A program made the translations under genes and the position numbers. A stretch of DNA of 55,724 nucleotides, filler included, from Sphacelaria rigidula (Eukaryota), in assembly GCA_964200075.2 (NCBI GenBank). It is 6 parts of 6 records of this genome, joined end to end, with 100 filler letters (N's around TTAATTAATTAA, not from the genome) between each part and the next. Parts side by side here need not be neighbours in the genome. Positions count along the whole stretch, not along the records: positions 46,522 to 55,724 come from CAXNAA020009052.1; 5 more parts are not named here. One strand, given 5' to 3'. Of the stretch, positions 46,522-55,724 are shown piece after piece. The number at the start of each line of letters is the position of its first letter. Position 1 is the first letter of the stretch. The notes beneath the pieces were generated by a model, which made no database searches, was not told the DNA's origin, and worked only from the letters and a program-made list of their open reading frames with translations.

Positions 46522-46715
46522 CTTCATGTTCTTCGTACCTTCCCCGTATTGCCCAATGATATCATCCGGTTGACCTGGTCTTCCTACCACTTTTTTTGGG
46601 GGGGGGCTATCGTAGAAGGTGTCATAAAAACGAAAAAAGATAAAAGTACAGGTGATGATCTCTTTAGTTTGTTTTCTTCACTGTGGGTCGTACTTCTCGC
46701 TTCTCCATCGCGCAG

Positions 46716-46833
46716 GTATCGTGGATGCATTTGTAACAAGCTGCGTCCCGGTGGCGATGACCCCGGCAACTGCGGGCACCGGTTCAGTCGTCGAAACGCG
46801 GCGTCGTGGCGGTGCATCCGTGTTCTCAAAAAG
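46716..46833 (+). CDS. Exon encoding signal-peptide cleavage site and transit peptide of a probable plastid-targeted protein
   Basis: CGCAG|GT...AG|GTACAG. Encodes (G)IVDA-FVTSCVPVAMTPATAGTGSVVETRRRGGASVFSK(R), an ASA-FAP-like motif followed by an S/T/R-rich stretch. Confidence 0.55.
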
Positions 46834-48007
46834 GTACAGTACACCACTTTTTTTTTTTTTTTCTCGCCTTTTGTTTTTGTTCAGAAAAAAAGGTACGGGT
46901 CAGCTGGCGATCCTAGACACGGCACACTGCTGATTACGTCACCCACGGATATGTATATATATATATATATATATACAAGAAGCACGGGACCCGGGGCTGC
47001 GCCCCGATCCCGTCCGTCTTTTTCGAGGGTCTCGGTATTGTTGCCTTGCCAAGCCCTCGTGAGAATCAATCCTCTTTCGAAAGTTTCATGCCCGTCGGAA
47101 ACATTGCAGGACCCGCGTTTGCGCGTCCGTTCAAACGGTCGCGAACGCATGTTTACCCCCGCACAGAGTAAAGCACGAGTCCGCTAATCGGGGCCCTAGC
47201 ATTGGCACTGGCCCGAACAGTCATCTCCCGGGGCGGGTTCAAAATATTCTATATATACTTCTTGGGTGAGCACGGGTACCTAGCTCGGCTTTCTGATGGT
47301 GTGTGTTTGATTTGACAGAATTGCTTCCGCGGCAGCAAAGCAGCGAGATGAAAAAACACATGAGATTGATCAGTGGGCATGAATCGCAATGTGATGTACG
47401 AGTTGGTCCAGCCTAGACGGTTTGCAGGCCCCGCCTCACCTCAATTCTGAGAGTTGGATTTTCTGTCCCGCAATTCGTTTCTCACCATACCCTTTTTATT
47501 CTCCGTACCAAATTTGAAAGCCCAACTCTCAACATTGAGGTAAGGCGGGGCGATTTCAGAAACCGAGTCGGTCGAAATTCGGAATACGATTCTGCAGGCC
47601 ACTTACTGGCCCAGATTTGGTACTCGTGTGTTGGAATTTTGTGTTGGACCTCACTGAGGCGTAATGAAGACAAAAGTAGGATACATATTTTTTTTCACGA
47701 GTTCCGGGCCTTTTAGTATAGTAAAGACCATTTTTTCACCAGGACGCCCTTACTTCTCCAGAAAAAATAAATCAAGACACATTTGTTTTACTTTCAGTAT
47801 GCCTTTGCGGTTCTCCACGGTAAACTTCACATCACCATTAAAAAAATTGAGCTGAATAACTGAGATAACGGGCAAGAACCATGTCCATTTTCGCTTAAAA
47901 CGTCCCTCAAAAGGAAAAAATGAGAAAAAAATCTCATGCAGTTTTTTTTTCATCATGCCCTAGCAATCTCAAAGCACAACTCTCAAAAGCTTAGACGAGA
48001 AGAAATC

Positions 48008-48227
48008 CAGGTATCAAGAGCGTACCCGTGCCCCCCGGTAACGGTACGGGGGTCTTACAGAGATTACAGAACTATCGGGTAAGGGTATGAAAGTCTCACA
48101 GAGATTACAGAACTGCCGGGTACCGGTATGAGAGTCTCACAAAAGTCACAGAACTGTCGGTTACGGTAAATACCCGGCAAAATACCCCGGGTATACAGAA
48201 AACCGTATCCTATAGAACACAACCTTG
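48008..48227 (+). mobile_element. Non-autonomous TIR-like element family H with internal ~40-bp CAGAACTGTCGGGTACCGGTATG repeats
   Basis: Three tandem units, ends AGAACACAACCTTG. Longer copy at 49963-50573. Confidence 0.55.
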
Positions 48228-49499
48228 AAAAAATGTCCCCGACCTTCGAGCAGATGGACATGTTCCCTTTGATCGGACAATTAATACGATATGCGGATCA
48301 CGGCCCTACTTATCTGTGTCGGTGCGATATTGCTTTGAGAGCTTGATCCTTTCGGGACTCAAGCTCAGTAACAAGCGGTCACCATGCAGTAGTAAAATAA
48401 TAATAAAAAGTCCGGGAGCGACCTGCCCAATCATGGCGAGGCGAAATTTATCGACCACATCCGAACGATCATTTGGGGGGGGGCTATCGCCGGGAGTGAT
48501 GCCACTGCCAAGTTGGTGTGTACCCTGTCCCTGGCCCACAAAAGAGCCTTTGAATCAAAAGAAAGCCGCGATGGTCGGGGCTTGCTTCCCCCATTTTTAA
48601 AAAATTATTTACTTTCATTTTATATAGGTCTGACCCCCACTCTCCCGTTTTTCTTGGGGGTCACCATCCTACAGTAAAACATAGTTATTACACTAACACA
48701 GGATGCTCGGGGGAAATTCGGGGATAATCGTGCCCTACTATATATGTGGTCATGTTCACAAGGCGACTGAATCTAGCAACGCAGTGGAACGAGATATGGA
48801 GCTAGAGGCATGAGTTCTGCGTATCCCTCTGTTGAGGCGGTACAGCATGCAGTGAGATCGTATCTAATCGACGGGAACGAACAAGCTGTGAATAGGTCGC
48901 TGATCTCCGTCGCAGAGAACTGCCCAGAACGTGCAAGGGAGTATGCAGCGGCAGCTGCTGCTGCAGTCGGAGAGGCGTACTGCACTGTATGTGCGGCGCA
49001 ACGCCCATGCCGATCGAAGAGAATTCGCCGCTTACAACAAAGAGGGAAATCGCGGCCCATCCCGACCACAAAGGGCTGTGTGGCAAGGTGGTGGGGGAAA
49101 AAATATCATCCAAAGCCACAAGTGGCGGGCGGCGGTCGCCACATCCTGTTGAAAGCTCTCTACGGCGACTCATGCTGCTTGATACATCTCTACATTACCT
49201 GATGGGCACAACACCCGAATTACAGTTTGTACCTGCACCTGAAAATAAATTGAATGACACTTTCGGTCTTCCTAATAACCTTGTGGTTACATACGTGAAT
49301 TTTCAGCAACATGAAGCCACTGTTTCGTGCATACGCCAGACACGCCATTCCCAACCAGCCTCATCGGTCGTTCTGGAGGCCCAGTCCCAAACGGGTTAAA
49401 TCCGTTCCTGTGCTGTAGCAGGTTGTCAGGAATGGTAATGAAGGTACTGGAAGGGCGATCGTACGTCTTCGACCACGGGTTCGAGAGATCGGGCTAGTG

Positions 49500-49692
49500 G
49501 TGAATGATTATAACAATTAAAATAATGACAACAATGATGACAACACTGGTATTAATAACGATACTTGTCCTACTACTACTAGCAATAAGAATAGTGATAA
49601 TAATAGTGACATGAAAATAACAGTGATCATAATCGTTATAATGATGAATGCGGTAGTAGTAGTAGTGGTAGTAGTGGTAGTAGTAGTAATAG
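49500..49692 (+). repeat. (AAT)/(AGT)-rich low-complexity tract
   Basis: Read directly. Confidence 0.85.
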
Positions 49693-49962
49693 TTTAATTC
49701 CGCAAAAGTTACAGTACCGCAGTTGCCCCGATCATCCCCACGAAATATGAAAAATGAATCTTTTCGAATAACCGGCTATTCAAAACGGCACTACTGATGG
49801 GTTCACTCAAACATGCTGCGTTTGCTCCTGCCCATGTGTATCGTTTCCCAAGATATCTCTTCGATTTTGAATTTTTACGCCCTGTTTCTTCTGTCCGAGT
49901 AAGATATATGTCAACCCACAGTGTTGGATGATCTTCTTACTGTGTACCCTTCCAAATGTGCG

Positions 49963-50573
49963 TGAGGTTGTGTACGGTGCGGGTACGGCTCAGCGCTGCA
50001 GGTATCCTGGAACATTCCAAGGATATGTCCTGCAGGATTCGGGTATCTTCGGTAGGGCATGGTATTCCTTGCAGAACGTACAGAACTGTCCGGTACCGGT
50101 ATGCGAGTCTCACAGCACGTACGCAGCATGTGTCGGGTACGGCATAGGGGTCGTACGGAAACTCTTATCCGCAACCGGGTATTTATACAAGGATGTATAC
50201 CCGTGCCCCGGGTAAGGGTAAATAACTTCGTACATATATGAGAACTGTCGGGTACCGGTATGGGAGTCTCACAGAACGTACAGAACGCCTTGGGTACGGC
50301 ATAGGGGTTGTAGAGAAACATCACCTCTCTCTGTCTATCAGCGAGGAGGCTTTCGACAAGGGTATCGATCCGTACCCCGCGTGAGGGTAAAAAACTTTGC
50401 ACAGATCTCAGAACTGTCGGGTACCGGTATGACAAGCCCACAGAGCTTACAGAACTATCGGGGGTACGGGTATGGGAGGCTGACGTAACTCAAAGAATTG
50501 TCGGGTGCGGGCAATACCAGGGTAAATACTCCGGGTACTCAGGATAATCCTAACCCTACAGAACACAAGCTCG
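49963..50573 (+). mobile_element. Family H, longer copy with degenerate TIRs (TGAGGTTGTGT...ACACAAGCTCG)
   Basis: Several CAGAACTGTCGGGTACCGGTATG-like units; termini are approximately inverted. Confidence 0.55.
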
Positions 50574-51804
50574 GAATATCCAGTTTTTTTTTGTCGAAAC
50601 TCTGGATACCCTTGAGTGCTCCGTACTTCTGGCAGTCGATACCCCAGATACCGTGGGTTACATGGTATGGTAGTACCAGTGCAAACGTCTTGTTTGAGAT
50701 TAAAAGCAATTTTCCAGTTTTTTCGACTATCACGACTCGTCACGGTTTATATTTGATCCCAAAAACTTTGTGAATGGAGAGATGTGAGTACCCGACACAA
50801 CGTTCGATTCGTTTGTTTTCTCCACGACAAATTTTGAACGGGGTACGGACATACCGGTCGTTGGGGATCCTACGTGTGTACAGCCCCCGGTCATCGCTCT
50901 TTGATTTCTTTCTCTCGACCGAACCGATCCGGATCCTTATCATGAACAATTCTATGGTTCAGTTTTTTTGTTTTTTCTTCTCGACATTCATTGCGTTACG
51001 CAGCTGAAAACCCGCGTTTATTGTCACCATATGCGACCAATAACACCCCCGCGATAAACGGGGTTTTTACTTCGTGTTGTTACTTGTACGACTACACTCA
51101 AAATTGGGGAAAAGTGTCCTGAGCACGACCTGCTTTTTATTCCTAACGCCGGTTGTAGCGACTCTCGAAATTTCGAGTGAAGGTGAAATATCGCCTGCGA
51201 GAAGAACGCGATTGAGTGAACAGGAAGTCACAGTTGCACTGCTGTACTGCAATGAACCCGGGGTCCCCTGGAGCACAACACCCTACCCTATTTAGTAACC
51301 TGTGCGATATTCCCGGACACTAGAGTACCCGATATTGTTTGTTTTTTTACCCTCTTTTGCAGAGTGGCGGCTGTGACGAGATACCACGCCCGACGTCTCA
51401 TCAGCGGCGCGATCGTCTCCCAGCGCACGGGGATTGCAAGAGTATAGAAAGCAGGAACCAAACCTTCATTTCAACGTGTATAGCTATGTGAAGAAGCCCC
51501 CGTTTTCTGTCCTTCAAGTTCGTACAATCTGTGTGCTTCTACTAAATACCACCGTTCGTTATCGCCAGGCACACGAAACAACCTACTCTGGGGAAACCAC
51601 CGCCACCAACCGCAATTCTCTCTCTCTCTGCGATGACGAGCACCACCGAGGACTTCGCACTCTCAATAAACACAGCACCTCAACACGTATTCACTCCGTC
51701 TCGTTATGCCGAGGAGTGCGTACAATTCTGAGCCATACTCCAAAACGTTCCATGTATGGATATATTTGTCATTGTCCGTTGATATTTCATCCCTCTACTC
51801 CCAG

Positions 51805-52002
51805 GCAGTTGCCAGCGAGAAGCACACTCGCCACTACTAACGTCAGTCCCACACAATTGCGAGCTAAAGGAGACACCGGAGAAGAAGCGAACAGCCAGCC
51901 AGCCAAGCGTATCGACGGTGTAGGCGGAGCGGGCAGCACTGCTTTAATGCTTGTGGCAATGCTCCTGGTTCTCAAGGGCCTGTTCTTACCCGAGGAGATC
52001 CG
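51805..52002 (+). CDS. Next exon of the probable plastid-targeted single-pass membrane protein
   Basis: CCCTCTACTCCCAG|G acceptor and CG|GTGAGT donor. Phase matches 46833. Encodes QLPARSTLATT...LRAKGDTGEE...ALMLVAMLLVLKGLFLPEEIR. Confidence 0.65.
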
Positions 52003-52344
52003 GTGAGTCCGTTTTTTGGTTCCTTCCCCCCCTCTTTTATTTTTCTTCGATTTCGGACCCTTTCTTTTTGCCAGCGCCCGCAGATGAATGGATACCTGAG
52101 GCTGACGCTCGTTGGGTGAGGTGCGTCCGACGCCGTTTAAAAAAAATGGACAGACGTGTCGGGGAAACGAGCCAGCGGTTATCGTTCAAGGCATACGCGA
52201 GAGGAGCATCGTCTGTTGGTCTCCTTTTTACTTGTGCCGCGTTGCAGAGCGGGAGTAAAAGCTGGTCCCATCAGCGGAAGAAATACCACAAAGTTCCTCC
52301 GGAGACTGAGTATTCGAGACCGAATCCCTGAGGAGATGTTGGGC

Positions 52345-52504
52345 ATCCCTCATGCGACTCGCCGAACACATCACGGGCGTATCGTGCTTGGCGATCGCGA
52401 GCCTGGTACGGCGGATTCCCGGCGTGCTCCGTCCCGGCTTTGTAGGGATGCGAGGCCGATGGTTTCGTGACGATGGCCTGCAAGATCATGACTACACCCT
52501 CCCC
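52345..52504 (+). mobile_element. Family E, full-length ~160-bp copy
   Basis: CCCTCATGCGACTCGCCGAACACATCACGG...CCGTCCCGGCTTTGTAGGGATGCGAGG...GATCATGACTACACCCTCCCC. Confidence 0.7.
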
Positions 52505-53286
52505 GCTCTCACCGCAAAATACAAGACGTTGGTTGTGGTGCGGTAACAGAGATATATCTTTCCTTCCCTTCCCTTGCTTCGCTTCGCTCCACACTTATTT
52601 TTTTCATCCCCAGCATCTCGTGCTTTATTTTCTTTTCTTCGTTCGGGGTCTGATTAGTATGCGTTCATTTTCAGCCATCGCTCTTGGCATGGCGCGAGAA
52701 CATGGCATATTGTGTACTGTTTCTTCTGGTGAAAATTCCAATTTTTCGATGAAACTACGTTGCTCTACTGTTACTCTGATGATTATTGTTCTCGTTATTT
52801 ACACTGATTCTACTTGTCTGTGGGATCATCTCCGCTACCTGTGGTTTCCGTCAGTATCCATGAGACAAAAACGGAGTGTGTACCCTACATTGATCAAATA
52901 AATCTTCTCTCGTGTGACTTGCACGTAATATTTATTATTTTGGTACGTACAGACCTGTATATATATATATATATATGAAGGTATTAATTCGACTGCATAT
53001 AGGTTCATATACATAGAGTCATCCTACGAGAAGGCATGCGGGGAGGGGGGGGAGGGGGGGGAGGGGGGGGGTATTCTGGGCCATTTCTTTTGCGAATATT
53101 CCACTTCAAGTCGTCGTTAAAAGCAACAAACGTTGTTCGAACGCGCTTGACACCGATGAACAACACTCATGTCATACTGCTTGACACCGTGTTCAAACGC
53201 ACCGCTGGTGTGTTAGGTCGTCTGACACACCTATGAGCCCCCTTATCTCGTGTAATCACCCCCCCCGCCCCTTCCCCATCGTAGGA

Positions 53287-53784
53287 TCACTCATATATGC
53301 AATCGATGTCAATTTTGCTCTCGGTCATTTTGCGCCCGGGTTCGTTGAACAACTCTCGACATTGAGCAAACCACCGGTGTCGAACACTTTTGCTTCTCAG
53401 CGACAACCGCACAGTGGTAGCATGCGAGTGCGAGCGTTTTCCCCCGTGACTCGATATTCCATGTACACATGCTCCTCTATTGTTAAAGATATGAAAATAT
53501 CCCGCTGAGGTCGAAGGGGTCGACTCGGAATCCTGATGTTTGTGGCCGCCGTTGCTTCCGTCGCTGTCCCTGTCTCCACCGCTACTGCCGTATAGGCACC
53601 TGTCTTTCTGTCCGACAGAGGATCCGATACGTGGCAGGGATACGCTCCCTTGGAGGATGATGGAGGAGTCGGGACGGAAGTGCGGCACCGTCCCTGAGGT
53701 TAGACCCCCCCCCCCCCCGCCCCATCCCCATCTTTTTGAACGCATCTCGCAAGTCGCAGGTGCTAAAGCTTTCTGTTGTTGGAA
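53287..53784 (-). CDS. Candidate terminal exon, C-terminal part of a PH-like domain
   Basis: CCACCTCAG|TTC acceptor, frame open to TGA. ...RPDSSIILQGSV...FHIF...VRLSLRSKSVRHRWFAQCRELF fits PH strand motifs and the Trp-containing final helix. Confidence 0.45.
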   Translation of the reverse strand, partial: FQQQKALAPATCEMRSKRWGWGGGGGGLTSGTVPHFRPDSSIILQGSVSLPRIGSSVGQKDRCLYGSSGGDRDSDGSNGGHKHQDSESTPSTSAGYFHIFNNRGACVHGISSHGGKRSHSHATTVRLSLRSKSVRHRWFAQCRELFNEPGRKMTESKIDIDCIYE

Positions 53785-54139
53785 CTGAGGTGGAATTTAC
53801 ACACACAAATATATATATATATATACATATATACATATGTATATATGTTCGCGTGTTGTACGAATTATCATGATTCGCCCGGCCGATCGCTATTTTTTTG
53901 CTGTTGAGGAGTGTTCACGGTTCTTCAGCGTGACGAATGGTATTGTTCGGGCTCTCTGTTGTTCCAGCCGCGCTCGCTCGCTACGCATTGTACTTGGAGT
54001 AGCAAAAGGTTTTTGCGCTCGGAACTTATGAGCCGTGATCGCATTTGTGACTTCGCGAATCACTCAGCGTGTAAAGGGTGTGTGTGTGTCTCGAGAAATG
54101 GTACTTTTGTTGTGATTGGGGACAAATCTTATGTGGTAC

Positions 54140-54281
54140 GTCCCACGCGTTTATTAGAAGCAACCAGAGTGATCCCGAAATAACTGAACACCTTGATGTC
54201 CAAAAGCCTCTATCTTTTTCTGGACGGTTACTGCCTCGGACCTCAGAGTCAGTGACGGGCAACGTATCACGTGACACCTCC
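54140..54281 (-). CDS. Candidate penultimate exon, N-terminal part of the PH-like domain
   Basis: GTGTAG|G...GAC|GTACCA (weak donor, phase 0). Encodes ...DRGFWTSRCSVISGSLWLLLINAWD, a W..R..V..G..L pattern. Confidence 0.4.
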
Positions 54282-55016
54282 CTACACGTTTGAATGCTAT
54301 GCGAACCGGACCGATCTATCCCCCCCCCCCCCCACCCCACCCACCCACCCACCCACCCACCGCCCTTCCCCCTCTGAGACAAAGCGATAGAGAGCAGAAC
54401 TCCTATAGAGAGAGAATTTGAACTATACATGGAGGAATAGGTCGTCTTAGAGGGGGAAATGCGGGAAGTAGATGAGGGTGGCATAAAATCGTTTGGTATA
54501 TTGAATGGCAGCGAAAAAATGATTGCTATGGGAGGAGGTAGATGGTTGCCACAGAGGGCGAAACAAGAAGATGAGAAATGTAAAAAACAAATAAACAATC
54601 GCGTAATGTATGGAAGAAAGCTACTGAGCGCCGTTGGAGGTGTCTCTACAAGGAGTAGGAACAGTCATTTGAGGGTTGGCGTCGGTTGGCAACGACGCTG
54701 GAAAACACGCCACTCACTGCGTAAGCTAGGCAACCAGGATACCGCTTTTTTTGCTCGCTTGTTTTTTTTTTGCGGTCATGATGATGGCGGTCGAGGTAGA
54801 TCCTGTTGTGCGGGCTGGAGAAACTTACTCCGCGTAAAGAGGATGGTCGTACTACGTAGTGCTTAAATGGTGAGATACCCATGAGGCAGTGTGTAGTAAC
54901 CCGTCGCTGTCTCTGGGAGTGCCAATACCAGAAAATGAAGCAACTCATGAGGCTCTCATCCAAATGCAAGATAATTAGTACACTTTGGGCCGAACAGTAT
55001 TTTGCAGGATACAGGC

Positions 55017-55179
55017 CACCCCTCATGCGACTCGCCGAACACATCACGGCGCTCCGCGCTTAGTGATCGAGTGCGAGTCTGGTCCGGCGAGAATCCGGCG
55101 TGCTCCGTCCCGGCATTGTAGGGATGCGAGGTCAATGGTCTCATGGCTACAGCATGCAGGATCATTAGTACCCCCCCCC
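55017..55179 (+). mobile_element. Family E, full-length ~160-bp copy
   Basis: CACCCCTCATGCGACTCGCCGAACACATCACGG...GGATGCGAGGTCAATGG...GATCATTAGTACCCCCCCC. Confidence 0.7.
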
Positions 55180-55724
55180 TCCATCAATTACTCTGTCTCA
55201 AAAGGGATGCGTGATCGATGATCAAACGACTAAGGCAAGCAACAAATGAGTAGTCCATCCATTCCCTTGCTCCCTCCCACTCCCTGCGGTACCATGAGTC
55301 ACGAGGAAGTATGTCGGCGCGCTTTAGATGTGTGTGGTCTTGAGGCATTTCAAACCCTACGGCTGCGTGATCATGTAGGTACTGTAGTCAGGTGTTTTTT
55401 TTTTTTTTTTTGGTGAAATCAGGTTGTGATGAGCCGTTTCGAGGGGTTTTTCTTTTATTTTTTTTTCTTTTGTTTGTTTTTTTTTTGCTGTTTTCTCTCC
55501 TCTCCTTTTCCTTTTTTGCTTTAGATCGGCCATTTCTTCCTGTGCTTTGTTTTTGCTGAATTCTTCGTGTGTTTTTTTCACGGTTAGGACGAATCATCAT
55601 GGGTTCGAATCACGAAATCCACGATTTCTTCGGCCTGATTGCCCAAAAGGGCGAACAAAGTTGACCGCTGGTCCAAGGGGTATCCACGCAACTTTTGCGC
55701 CATTCCACGTGTTCGGGCAGCGTG

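Noticed and set aside
48423..48548. Minus-strand exon candidate (GQGQGTHQLGSG...RLAMIGQ)
   Set aside because: Weak donor, no partner exon or domain, and it lies inside the intron of a better-supported plus-strand gene.

Overview
Eukaryotic, intron-rich and repeat-rich nuclear DNA, very probably from a brown alga (Phaeophyceae), judged from an EsV-1-7 repeat protein, a stramenopile-type bipartite plastid-targeting signal and long introns. The window is not one locus. It is six contigs of near-identical, descending length (9205, 9205, 9204, 9204, 9203, 9203 bp) joined by artificial 100-bp N44-TTAATTAATTAA-N44 linkers, so nothing can be inferred across the gaps. Contig 1 holds foldback/MITE-like elements, a nested MITE stack and a modular inverted-repeat array. 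Contig 2 is an ~8.7-kb two-monomer higher-order satellite built on (CTGTG)n/(GTGTG)n spacers. Contig 3 has a 5'-truncated EsV-1-7 repeat gene joined back-to-back to a decayed Ty3/gypsy pol whose integrase carries a chromodomain plus a second Tudor/PWWP-like module. Contig 4 has MITEs and the last four exons of the DNA polymerase epsilon catalytic subunit. Contig 5 has the probable 3' exons of a membrane-protein gene and tRNA-derived SINEs. Contig 6 has exons of a probable plastid-targeted membrane protein and a convergent PH-like gene. No CRISPR array, rRNA or intact tRNA gene was seen. All splice models and domain calls were made by eye.
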